Of a stretch of 64,000 nucleotides of DNA, positions 1 to 8,898 are shown in pieces. A program made the position numbers and the translations under genes. Position 1 is the first letter of the stretch; every line of letters starts with the position of its first letter. The stretch is from Hyphomicrobiaceae bacterium (GTDB lineage Bacteria > Pseudomonadota > Alphaproteobacteria > Rhizobiales > Hyphomicrobiaceae). The notes under the pieces are model-generated. The model saw nothing but the letters and a program-made list of their open reading frames with translations, had not been told where the DNA came from and ran no database searches. The stretch spans positions 2,120-66,119 of the forward strand of contig JANMGQ010000066.1 of assembly GCA_031374735.1 (NCBI GenBank), written 5' to 3'.

Positions 1-30
1 ACGCTGGCCGCTCGACTGCGAACACATCCG

Positions 31-1149
31 ATGGCAAACGACCTCGAAGGCCTTCTCGTTGTCTCGATCGAGCAAGCGGTGGCCGCACCCTATTGCGCAT
101 CCCGCCTCGCGGATGCGGGCGCGCGTGTGCTGAAAGTCGAGCGACCTGAGGGCGATTTCGCGCGACGCTATGACAAATACGTCAAGGGGCAGTCGAGCTA
201 CTTCGTCTGGCTCAACCGCGGCAAGGAGAGCATCACGCTCGACCTGAAAAGCGCTGACGATCAGCGCGTGCTCGGTCGCATGCTCGCCAACGCCGACGTG
301 ATGATCCAAAACCTCGCGCCCGGCGCACTCGACCGGCTCGGCTTTGCCTCGGCGAAACTGCGCGAGATGCATCCGCGCCTGATTACCTGCGATATCTCCG
401 GTTATGGCGAGGATGGGCCGTATAGCGAGATGAAGGCTTACGACCTGCTGGTACAGGCGGAGACAGGTTTGGCCTCGATCACCGGCAGTGCCGATGCGCC
501 GGCACGCGTTGGCGTGTCGGTGTGCGATATCGCGGCCGGTATGTATTCGCACACGGCCATTCTCCAGGCACTTTATGGCCGTGAGAAAACGGGCACGGGA
601 CGCGGCATCAAGGTGTCGCTGTTTTCTGGCATGGCCGACTGGATGAACGTGCCGTATCTGCAGCGCAAATACGGCGGGTTCTCACAGCCGCGCACCGGCG
701 TGAACCATCCGACGCTGGCGCCCTACGGCCGCTTCACCTGCAAGGATGGCGATATCCTGTTCTCGGTGCAGAATGAGCGCGAATGGGTGCGGTTGTGCGA
801 GGTGGTGCTGGGCGAGCCACAACTTGCGACGCGGCCCGAGTACGTCGGCCCGAGCGAGCGGCTGAAAAACCGCTCGGCGCTCGACGCTCATATCGACGCC
901 AACTTCGCCAAGCGGGCGCGGTCCGAGGTGGCCAAGGCGCTGGACGAAGCTGAGATGGCGTTCGGCCTGATCAACGGCATCGACGGCTTGATTGACCACC
1001 CGCAATTGAAGACGATCACCTACGCGACGCCGGAGGGCGAAGTGAGTGTCATTGCGCCCGCGTCTGCCATTGCGGGGGACAAGCCGACCTACCGGCCAGT
1101 GCCGGCCATGGGGCAGCACTCAGCTGCGATCCGTAAGGAGTTTGGGTGA
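31..1149 (+). CDS. CoA-transferase, family III (CaiB/BaiF/Frc type)
   Basis: 372-aa ORF; N-terminus LLVVSIEQAVAAPYCASRLADAGARVLKVERPEG is the typical family III CoA-transferase Rossmann-like start; G/C-rich third codon positions. Confidence 0.85.
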   Translation: MANDLEGLLVVSIEQAVAAPYCASRLADAGARVLKVERPEGDFARRYDKYVKGQSSYFVWLNRGKESITLDLKSADDQRVLGRMLANADVMIQNLAPGALDRLGFASAKLREMHPRLITCDISGYGEDGPYSEMKAYDLLVQAETGLASITGSADAPARVGVSVCDIAAGMYSHTAILQALYGREKTGTGRGIKVSLFSGMADWMNVPYLQRKYGGFSQPRTGVNHPTLAPYGRFTCKDGDILFSVQNEREWVRLCEVVLGEPQLATRPEYVGPSERLKNRSALDAHIDANFAKRARSEVAKALDEAEMAFGLINGIDGLIDHPQLKTITYATPEGEVSVIAPASAIAGDKPTYRPVPAMGQHSAAIRKEFG

Positions 1150-1152
1150 AAT

Positions 1153-1326
1153 TTAAACCAAGCGGTCGTCCAAAACAGAGCGCTGCATACGCTCTGCGTG
1201 TGCCGCCAGTCGTTGATCAAGTTCGTCACGGTGCCAATCGGGTGCTGGCACCCGTTCACCCTCATTTTCAAGGGAGCGCCACACGTCCTCAAGTAACGTC
1301 AGTCGGTCATCGACCGGACGTGTATC
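1153..1326 (-). pseudogene. Relic of a small addiction-module antitoxin-like ORF (no usable start codon)
   Basis: 57-codon open frame bounded upstream by in-frame TGA (1327-1329), reading DTRPVDDRLTLLEDVWRSLENEGERVPAPDWHRDELDQRLAAHAERMQRSVLDDRLV*. The LW.SL...PDWH..ELD.RL pattern recalls the 'putative addiction module component' antitoxin family. It sits in a visibly AT-richer stretch abutting the tRNA 3' end. Confidence 0.25.
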
Positions 1327-1443
1327 TCACACGTGGCGTTCTAAAAGCTTTGCCGTACTGCACTATCACACATTTTGCATGGATTGACCACGCGAACATC
1401 TTACGTGCTGCGACGCTCCACCCTCAACATCGGGATTTAGCCT

Positions 1444-1520
1444 TGGTAGCGAGAGGCGGACTTGAACCGCCGACCCCAGGATTATGATTCCCGTGCTCTA
1501 ACCAGCTGAGCTACCCCGCC
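1444..1520 (-). tRNA. tRNA with CAU anticodon (tRNA-Met elongator type; Ile2 if lysidinylated cannot be excluded)
   Basis: Reverse complement GGCGGGGTAGCTCAGCTGGTTAGAGCACGGGAATCATAATCCTGGGGTCGGCGGTTCAAGTCCGCCTCTCGCTACCA. D-arm GCTC/GAGC, anticodon stem CGGGA/TCCTG with loop ATCATAA, T-arm GGCGG-TTCAAGT-CCGCC, encoded CCA. The acceptor stem pairs only with three G.U wobbles. Confidence 0.85.
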
Positions 1521-1562
1521 AGGACCAAGGTGATGCGTACGTATGTCCAGGTGGCCAGACTG

Positions 1563-2774
1563 TCAAGGCCGCCGCAGCCATTGCAGCGCGCCTTCGGCCG
1601 CCGCTCGACCTGTGGCGAGGCAGGCTGTGAGCAGATAGCCGCCTGTCGGGGCGGACCAGTCCAGCATTTCACCCGCCACAAACGCGCCTGGTCGCGCCTT
1701 TAACATCCAGTGCTCGTCGAGACCGTCAAAAGCCACGCCACCTGCCGTCGAAATGGCCCGCGACATGCCGGCGAAGCCTGTGACGGTGAGCGGCACGGCC
1801 TTGATGCGGGCGGCAAGCGTCAGCGGATCGCGCGGCAGGGGCCCAGCTTCGCGCAACACGGCGACAGCCGCCGGTGACAGGCCCGCGCGGCGTAGCGTGT
1901 TGGCAAGCGATTGCTTGGCGGGCGCCGTCAGTCTGGCGGCGAGGGCGTCGGCGGTCAGATCTGGCCGCAGATCAATGACGATCGACAACGGGCCACTCGC
2001 GGCAAGTGCCGCGCGGATGGCGTCACTCGCGGCATAGAGGGCGCCGCCTTCAAGGCCGTCGCGTGTGATGAGCGCTTCGCCGCGCACGCGCGTGTCGCCG
2101 ACGATTACGGCGATGCGCTTCAATGGTGCGCCTGAAAACCGCGACTGCACGATGTCGGACCAAACAATCTGCACACCGGCGTTGGCCGGTGCGAGCGCCG
2201 TCACCGACACCCCATCACGCTCGAGCACCGGCACCCACGCGCCATCTGACCCAAGCCGCGGCCAACTGGCCCCGCCGAGCGCCAGCACTACGGCGTCGAA
2301 CCGCTCGTGGGACTCGGCCCCTGCATGGGACAGGCGCACTTCGCCCGCCTGAGTGAAGCCAAGCCACTGCGTGTTGAGCCGCAGCGTCACGCCGTATGCA
2401 GCAAGCCGCGCGAGCCAGGCGCGCAACAGTGGCGAGGCCTTCATGGCCTTTGGGAACACACGACCTGAACTGCCGACGAACGTCTCTTGGCTGAGCCCAT
2501 TGGCCCACGCTGTAACAGCCGTGCCCGGACATGCATCCAGCGCCTGTTGCAAATGCGGCGGGACCGTCCCGTAGCGCGTGAGCAAGCGCGCATGTTCCTC
2601 GCTGTGCGTGAGGTTCAAGCCGCCACGGCCGGCGAGCAGAAACTTGCGCGCAGGGGCTGCCATGCGCTCCACAATGACAACGCGCGCGCCCTCGGCCGAC
2701 AGCACCTGTGCCGCCATCAAACCGGCAGGCCCTGAGCCGATGACGGCGACTGTCTTGCCTGTGACGGGCATCAC
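1563..2774 (-). CDS. NAD(P)/FAD-dependent oxidoreductase, HI0933/BaiN-like flavoprotein
   Basis: 403 aa; N-terminal dinucleotide fold VAVIGSGPAGLMAAQVL followed by RKFLLAGRGGLNLTHSE, typical of the HI0933-like family. Confidence 0.8.
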   Translation of the reverse strand: MMPVTGKTVAVIGSGPAGLMAAQVLSAEGARVVIVERMAAPARKFLLAGRGGLNLTHSEEHARLLTRYGTVPPHLQQALDACPGTAVTAWANGLSQETFVGSSGRVFPKAMKASPLLRAWLARLAAYGVTLRLNTQWLGFTQAGEVRLSHAGAESHERFDAVVLALGGASWPRLGSDGAWVPVLERDGVSVTALAPANAGVQIVWSDIVQSRFSGAPLKRIAVIVGDTRVRGEALITRDGLEGGALYAASDAIRAALAASGPLSIVIDLRPDLTADALAARLTAPAKQSLANTLRRAGLSPAAVAVLREAGPLPRDPLTLAARIKAVPLTVTGFAGMSRAISTAGGVAFDGLDEHWMLKARPGAFVAGEMLDWSAPTGGYLLTACLATGRAAAEGALQWLRRP

Positions 2775-3878
2775 TTATCGTGCCGCCTCGGCCAAGGCCT
2801 GTGGGAGGGCTTCGGCAAAGATCGCCAGATCTGCCTCGGTCCCGGCCGACACGCGGATGCAGCGGTTGAGCGGCGCAACGCCGGGCATGCGCACGAACAC
2901 ATCACGCGCGATCAATCCATCCAGCACGCGCTTGGCGAAGGCGCTGTCGCGTTTGCAGTCGATGGCGACGAAGTTGGTTGCGGATGGCAGTGGTTCGAGG
3001 TCGTGCTTGCGCGCGATGGCGCCGATCGACTCGCGCGCAGCATGCACCTTCGCCTTCACGCCGGCGAGATAGGCATCATCGGCCCACGCCGCAAGCGCGC
3101 CAGCCTGGGCAATGCGGTTGACCGAGAAGTGGTTGCGGATCTTGTCGAAGGAGCGGATTGTCGTGGCTTCGCCGAGCGCGTAGGCGATGCGCGCGCCAGC
3201 CATGCCGTAGGCCTTCGAGAAGGTGCGATAGCGGATCACCTTCGGGTTCGACATGTCGAGCGGCGGCGTTGTGCCCGGCGGCGCGAACTCGAAGTAGGCC
3301 TCGTCCAGCACCAACACCGTGCCATCGGGAATGGCGTCGATCAGGCGCTGCACATCGGCGGCGGGCCACCAGGAGCCCATGGGATTATCGGGATTGGCGA
3401 AGTAGGCGAGCTTTGGCCGCTCGCGATTGACGGCCTCGATCAGCGACGCAGGGTCTTCACGATCGTTCACATAGGGGACGGTGACGAGACGCCCGCCATA
3501 GCCCGTGACGTGGAAATTGAAGGTCGGATAAGCCCCGAGCGAGGTGACGACGGCGTCGCCGGGCTCGACGTATTGGCGCACGGTATAGCCGAACAGACTG
3601 TCTATGCCCTCGCCGATGGTGACGTTTTGCGGCGTGAGACCGAGCTTCGCCGCAATGGCACCGCGCAAATCGTGGTTCTCAGGATCGCAATACATCCAGC
3701 TGTCGGCGGCGGCCTGTTGCATGGCTGCGATCGCCCTCGGGCTCGGGCCGAACACGCTCTCGTTGGCCCCGATGCGCGCACGGAAGGCGCGGCCGCGTGC
3801 GCGCTCCTGCGCCTCCGGCCCGACGAAGGGGACGGTGGCGGGCAAAGCGGCAACGATGCGGGTCGGACGGTTCGGCAT
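2775..3878 (-). CDS. PLP-dependent aminotransferase, histidinol-phosphate aminotransferase (HisC-like) family
   Basis: Class II aminotransferase pattern (GANESVFGPSP, NPDNPMG, RTFSKAYGMAGARIAY with PLP lysine). Start moved to internal ATG (MPNRPTR) because the longer N-terminus is Arg/Cys/Pro-rich and implausible. Confidence 0.75.
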   Translation of the reverse strand: MPNRPTRIVAALPATVPFVGPEAQERARGRAFRARIGANESVFGPSPRAIAAMQQAAADSWMYCDPENHDLRGAIAAKLGLTPQNVTIGEGIDSLFGYTVRQYVEPGDAVVTSLGAYPTFNFHVTGYGGRLVTVPYVNDREDPASLIEAVNRERPKLAYFANPDNPMGSWWPAADVQRLIDAIPDGTVLVLDEAYFEFAPPGTTPPLDMSNPKVIRYRTFSKAYGMAGARIAYALGEATTIRSFDKIRNHFSVNRIAQAGALAAWADDAYLAGVKAKVHAARESIGAIARKHDLEPLPSATNFVAIDCKRDSAFAKRVLDGLIARDVFVRMPGVAPLNRCIRVSAGTEADLAIFAEALPQALAEAAR

Positions 3879-4071
3879 GGCGGTCGGGGCTTGGCTTGGA
3901 ACAGGACTGGCGCAGCGATAGACGCAGCGCAGCGGCAGGGCAATCGCGAAGGTGCGTGGCGGCAAGCGGCGGTACATTCCCCGTTAGAAGTATGCCGGTC
4001 GCGTTGCACAGCCCCTCACACACCGTTATGGGAGGAGCGGTTTTAATCACCGTATGCACGCCGGAGACGTC

Positions 4072-5235
4072 ATGAGCACCACTGGCAGCACAGGCATGGC
4101 GCCAAAGGGCCAATCGGAGACGGGCGACCCGCTGTTGCTGACGCCGGGACCGTTAACCACCTCGAAGCGCGTCAAAGAGGTGATGGTGCACGACTGGGGT
4201 TCGCGCGACGCCGCCTTCCTGACCATCAACAAGACTGTGCTGGGCCGCCTGCCGGAGATTGCGCACGGGGAGGGCCGCTTCGTCACGGTGCCGGTGCAGG
4301 GCTCGGGCACCTATGCGGTCGAGGGCATGCTGACGACGTTCGTGCCGCCCAAGGGCAAGTGCCTGGTGCTGATCAACGGCGCCTATGGCCATCGCGCCAA
4401 GAAGATCCTCGACATCGCCAAGCGCGCGACCATCGTGCACGAGACGCCGGAAGACACGCCGCCGGACCTTAAGAAGCTCGACGCGATCCTTGAGGGCCAC
4501 AAGGACATCACGCATGTGTTCGCCGTGCAGTGTGAGACCACGAGCGGCATCCTCAACCCGATCCCCGAGATCGCCAAGCTGGTCGAGAGCCATGGTCGCC
4601 GCCTGCTGATTGATGCCATGAGCGCCTTTGGCGCGCTGCCGCTCGACACGCGCAAGGTGAAGTGCGATGCGATCGCGGCCTCGTCGAACAAGTGCATCGA
4701 AGGCATTCCTGGCCTCGGCTTTGTCCTGGCGCGGAAGTCAGCGCTCGACGAGACCAAGGGCAACGCGACGACACTGGTCCTCGATCTTTACGAGCAAGCC
4801 GACGCCTTCGCCAAGACCGGCCAATACCGGTTCACGCCGCCGATCCATGTCATCGTGTCGTTCCATCAGGCGCTGGAGGAGTTCTTCGCCGAAGGCGGTC
4901 AACCCGGACGCGGTAAGCGCTATGCCGACAACGGCCGCATCCTGACCGAGGGCATGCAGGCTTTGGGCTTCAAGCCATTGCTGCCACCCAACTTGCAGGC
5001 GCCAATCATCTACACGTTCCATATGCCGAAAACACCCGACTTCGCCTTCCAGCGCTTTTACGACGCCCTGAAGGATCGCGGTTATGTGATCTACCCGGGC
5101 AAGCTGACGGTCGCGAATAGTTTCCGCGTCGGCTGCATCGGTCGCATCGGCGCTAGCGAGATGCGCGGCTTCCTTGCCAATGTCGCCGAGGTTTTGCGCG
5201 ATATGGGGCTGACACAGCAGCAGCTGGCCGCGTGA
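4072..5235 (+). CDS. phnW: 2-aminoethylphosphonate--pyruvate transaminase
   Basis: LLLTPGPLTTS N-terminal motif, VQGSGTYAVE, SSNKCIEGIPGLGF (PLP lysine), RVGCIG C-terminal motif as in PhnW. ATG at 4072 has GGAG 5 nt upstream. Confidence 0.8.
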   Translation: MSTTGSTGMAPKGQSETGDPLLLTPGPLTTSKRVKEVMVHDWGSRDAAFLTINKTVLGRLPEIAHGEGRFVTVPVQGSGTYAVEGMLTTFVPPKGKCLVLINGAYGHRAKKILDIAKRATIVHETPEDTPPDLKKLDAILEGHKDITHVFAVQCETTSGILNPIPEIAKLVESHGRRLLIDAMSAFGALPLDTRKVKCDAIAASSNKCIEGIPGLGFVLARKSALDETKGNATTLVLDLYEQADAFAKTGQYRFTPPIHVIVSFHQALEEFFAEGGQPGRGKRYADNGRILTEGMQALGFKPLLPPNLQAPIIYTFHMPKTPDFAFQRFYDALKDRGYVIYPGKLTVANSFRVGCIGRIGASEMRGFLANVAEVLRDMGLTQQQLAA

Positions 5236-5241
5236 TTGTGC

Positions 5242-5781
5242 TTACGCGTTGAGCCTGACGCGCCATGCTTTGACAGAGCGCGCGAGCCCAGCGCGGCGCA
5301 GCCTTTCGAGATGGGCGTCGATATCAACGGCCCCGTTTGGGCTCAAGGCCGCGACCGTGCTTTCAGGCTCGCGCTCCAACAGCTGCTTCAATACCGCGTC
5401 AGCGGGCATGGCACTGACACCAAACGCCGCAAGAGTTCGCTTTGGAAAGTCGCGCAGGTTTGACGTGACGATGGCAGATGCGCCCGATTGAACGGCGGCT
5501 GCGAGGACGTGTCGATCATTGCAGTCGGGCAACACCAGCGTCTCGATCAACGCTGTGTCGACCGTGATGCAGGTCCAGTTCCGCGCGTGTTGTAGCGCGC
5601 GGCCGCGTGCTTCGATTGCGGGTTGGTCGATCTCGGGTCGATTGCGGCCAAGGGCGAGAGCCCATTCTTCATGCAGCCGATCGGACCAGATTACGGCCAG
5701 CAGGTCTGCTGCAGCCAACGCCACGAATACGTCCGTCACCGTCTCGGAATAGAGCACATTGGCATCGAGAACGACGTGCAT
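5242..5781 (-). CDS. PIN-domain protein (VapC-like toxin-type nuclease) with extra C-terminal region
   Basis: MHVVLDANVLYSE start and downstream D/N acidic positions typical of PIN. The track ORF begins at a GTG at 5808; the internal ATG at 5781 gives the canonical PIN N-terminus. Confidence 0.6.
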   Translation of the reverse strand: MHVVLDANVLYSETVTDVFVALAAADLLAVIWSDRLHEEWALALGRNRPEIDQPAIEARGRALQHARNWTCITVDTALIETLVLPDCNDRHVLAAAVQSGASAIVTSNLRDFPKRTLAAFGVSAMPADAVLKQLLEREPESTVAALSPNGAVDIDAHLERLRRAGLARSVKAWRVRLNA

Positions 5782-5904
5782 GTCGGCAAAGCCTGTGATG
5801 GACGCCACCGCGACAGCCGGTCATAGCCTGCTCTCCCTGGCCCAGCATGTCGATCTCGCCTAGAGAGGCTGGCCAATTCCCCCGCGCAAGACCTCGGCCC
5901 CGAC

Positions 5905-6660
5905 ATGCACCTGCTGCTCATCAATCCCAACACGACCGTTGCGATCACCGATCTGGTGCAAGCTGCAGCCCTCACCGTGGCAGCTCCGGGCACGACATTC
6001 AAAGCTGCAACCGGTCGCTTCGGCGCACGCTACATTACCACACGTGCCGCCTCGGCCATCGCCGCGCACGCCGCACTCGATGCCTATGCCGAACATGGCA
6101 AGTCAGCCGATGGCGTGATCCTCGCGTGCTTTGGCGATCCTGGACTTGCAGGGCTGAAAGAGCTTTGCCCCTGCCCAGTCGTTGGCATGGCAGAAGCCGC
6201 CTGCCACATGGCAGCACCGCTTGGCCGGCGGTTTGCCATCGTCACCGGCGGGGAGCGCTGGGGACCGATGCTGGAGGAGTTCGTTGCCAGCATAGGGCTT
6301 GCAGATAAACTGGCGTGTGTCACAGCCGTTGCGCCCAGCGGCGGCGACATCGCGCGTGATCCCGAGGCCGCTTACGGCCTGCTGGCCGAGGCCTGCAATG
6401 CGTGCGTCGCAACCCACGGCGCCGAGGCCATCATTCTGGGTGGCGCCGGACTTGCCGGGATCGCGAGCAAGATCGCCGCACGTGTGCCAGTGCCGCTCGT
6501 CGATGGCGTGACGGCTGCCGTCAAAACGGCGGAGGCACTCGTGACGATGGCTGCCATGAAAGCGCGGGCTGGCTCATATGCAGCAACGCCAGTGGTTGAT
6601 ACGGTTGGCCTGTCCCCAAGCCTTGCGGCCATGCTGACGGATCGGGCGCGAGCGGGTTAA
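5905..6660 (+). CDS. Asp/Glu/hydantoin racemase family protein
   Basis: MHLLLINPNTT start, ILACFGDPGL and IILGGAG motifs typical of the Asp/Glu/hydantoin racemase family. Confidence 0.75.
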   Translation: MHLLLINPNTTVAITDLVQAAALTVAAPGTTFKAATGRFGARYITTRAASAIAAHAALDAYAEHGKSADGVILACFGDPGLAGLKELCPCPVVGMAEAACHMAAPLGRRFAIVTGGERWGPMLEEFVASIGLADKLACVTAVAPSGGDIARDPEAAYGLLAEACNACVATHGAEAIILGGAGLAGIASKIAARVPVPLVDGVTAAVKTAEALVTMAAMKARAGSYAATPVVDTVGLSPSLAAMLTDRARAG

Positions 6661-6758
6661 GCGGCGCGTGCATACAACTTCATAGCAAGCGCGCTCGCAG
6701 ACGTTTGCTAGCCGCGCCTTTTCGACAGCCACGTCGTTCAACCCGGAAGATCGCGCCC

Positions 6759-7454
6759 ATGACCCAGTCTCTCATTCTCGTCCCGGGACTGACCTGTACG
6801 GCTGCACTGTGGGCACCCCAGATCGCAGCACTTGGCCCCCACGCCACGATCACCGTTGCCGACCATTCGGGCCACGACACAATGGCCGCCATCGCCCGGC
6901 AGATTCTTTCGACCGCGCCAGCCCAGTTCGCCCTCGCGGGCCTGTCGATGGGTGGCTATATCGCCTTCGAGATCATGCGGCAGGCGCCGGAACGGGTCAC
7001 GCGTTTGGCTCTCCTCGACACCAGCGCGAAGCCCTTCGATCCCTCGCAGGCGCCAGCGCGCGATGCCCTGATCGCCCACGCGCGGGCGGAGGGAATGGAG
7101 GCCGCCGTCAGCAAGCTGATGCCGGTGTTTCTGCATCCCGTCCACATCAAGGACGCGGCGTTGGTTGCAACCGTCTTGAAGATGGGGCGCGACACGGGGC
7201 CCGACACGTTCGCGCTGCAGCAGGCCGCAATCATGGCGCGTCCCGACAGCCGGCCGACGCTTGCGGCCATCCGTTGTCCGACCTTGGTCCTGACCGGCGC
7301 TCAGGATCTGTTGACGCCAGTGGCCGAGCACGAGCTGATCGCCGCAGGTATTGCGGGCTCACGGTTGGAGATCATCGCAGATTGCGGTCATCTCTCGACG
7401 CTCGAAAAGCCAGACGCGGTCAATAGAGCCATGTCAACATGGCTGCGCGCCTGA
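6759..7454 (+). CDS. alpha/beta hydrolase
   Basis: Nucleophile elbow GLSMGG, C-terminal CGH catalytic His context; start at MTQSLILVPG. Confidence 0.75.
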   Translation: MTQSLILVPGLTCTAALWAPQIAALGPHATITVADHSGHDTMAAIARQILSTAPAQFALAGLSMGGYIAFEIMRQAPERVTRLALLDTSAKPFDPSQAPARDALIAHARAEGMEAAVSKLMPVFLHPVHIKDAALVATVLKMGRDTGPDTFALQQAAIMARPDSRPTLAAIRCPTLVLTGAQDLLTPVAEHELIAAGIAGSRLEIIADCGHLSTLEKPDAVNRAMSTWLRA

Positions 7455-7495
7455 CAGGTCACGCAATCCACTGCTCGCCGTGGGCCCGTGAAGCC

Positions 7496-8716
7496 TCACC
7501 CCGCCTTCGCCAGCACATTGTGCATGCTGCCCGTCCCAGCGCCGAGGAACTTCTTTATGCCGCGCGCGGCCTGGCGAATGCGGTGTTCGTTCTCGACGAT
7601 GGCGATGCGCACGTAGTCGTCGCCGTGCTCGCCAAAGCCGATGCCGGGCGCGACGGCGACGTCGGCCTTTTCAATCAGCAGCTTGGCAAACTCGACCGAG
7701 CCCAACGCCTTGTAGGGCTCTGGGATCGGCACCCACGCGAACATCGACGCAGACGGCGGCGGAACGACGAAGCCTGCTTGCCCGAAGCTCTCGACCAGCA
7801 CATCGCGGCGACGACGATAGGTGGCGCGCATGTCCGAGATGCAGTCGGTCGGGCCGTTGAGGGCTGCGGTCGCTGCAACTTGAATCGGCGTGTAGGCGCC
7901 GTAGTCGAGGTATGATTTCACACGGGCGAGAGCCGAGAGGAGCCGCTCGTTGCCGACGGCGAAGCCCATGCGCCAGCCGGCCATGGAGAACGTCTTCGAC
8001 ATGGACGTGAACTCAACCGTGCAATCCATCGCACCGGGGATCTGCAACACAGACGGCGGCGGATCCTTGTCGTCGAAATAGACCTCGGCATAGGCGAGAT
8101 CCGACAAGATGAAGATGCCGTGCTTCTTCGCGAACTGGACGAGATCGCGATAGAAGTCGAGGCTTGCGACATAGGCCGTCGGATTCGAAGGATAGCAGAC
8201 AACCAGCGCGATCGGCTTTGGGATCGAGTGCAGAACGGCGCGCTCAAGCGCCGGGAAGAACGCCGGTGTCGGCTCGGCTGGCACGGAGCGGATGACGCCG
8301 CCGGCCATAAGAAAGCCGAAGGCATGGATGGGGTAGCTCGGGTTTGGCACCAGCACGACATCGCCCGGCGCCGTAATGGCCTGCGCCATGTTGGCGAAGC
8401 CTTCCTTCGAGCCGAGCGTGGCGACAACTTGTGTCTCAGGTTTCAGCTTCACGCCGAAGCGGCGATCATAATACGCCGCCTGCGCGCGCAGCAGACCTGG
8501 AATGCCCTTCGATGCCGAATAGCGGTCCGTGCGCGGCTTGCCGAGCGTCTCCGCAAGCTTTTCGATGACGTGCTTTGGCGCCGGCAGGTCCGGATTGCCC
8601 ATGCCGAGATCGACGATATCGGCGCCGCCCGCGCGCGCCTTGGCCTTCAGCCGGTTCACTTCCGCGAACACGTACGGCGGTAGACGCTTGATGCGGTAGA
8701 ACTCATCCATATCCAT
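7496..8716 (-). CDS. Class I/II PLP aminotransferase (AlaC-like; family often annotated LL-diaminopimelate aminotransferase in Rhizobiales)
   Basis: RLPPYVFAEVNRLKAKARAGGADIVDLGMGNPD, SNPT, SMSKTFSMAGWRMGF (PLP lysine); start at MDMDEF. Confidence 0.85.
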   Translation of the reverse strand: MDMDEFYRIKRLPPYVFAEVNRLKAKARAGGADIVDLGMGNPDLPAPKHVIEKLAETLGKPRTDRYSASKGIPGLLRAQAAYYDRRFGVKLKPETQVVATLGSKEGFANMAQAITAPGDVVLVPNPSYPIHAFGFLMAGGVIRSVPAEPTPAFFPALERAVLHSIPKPIALVVCYPSNPTAYVASLDFYRDLVQFAKKHGIFILSDLAYAEVYFDDKDPPPSVLQIPGAMDCTVEFTSMSKTFSMAGWRMGFAVGNERLLSALARVKSYLDYGAYTPIQVAATAALNGPTDCISDMRATYRRRRDVLVESFGQAGFVVPPPSASMFAWVPIPEPYKALGSVEFAKLLIEKADVAVAPGIGFGEHGDDYVRIAIVENEHRIRQAARGIKKFLGAGTGSMHNVLAKAG

Positions 8717-8898
8717 GGCGGAAGTCCAAGCCAGAGGGCTGTTGTGCGGCGCAACAAGCGCCAGCAGCCGCTCCATAAGCTGATCCGACCACGGCGTCAA
8801 AAGCGTGGCGCGGCTTCAGGCGCCATGCCATTTGCCGCATCCCCTTTACGGCGGTGCGAGCGTCTATGGTGCACCAGTTCCCCCGTGCTGAGGCCGCC

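Noticed and set aside
3003-4046. 347-aa plus-strand ORF
   Set aside because: Exactly antisense to the HisC-like aminotransferase gene. Arg/Ala/Gly/His-rich composition with no motif; a typical shadow ORF of high-GC DNA.
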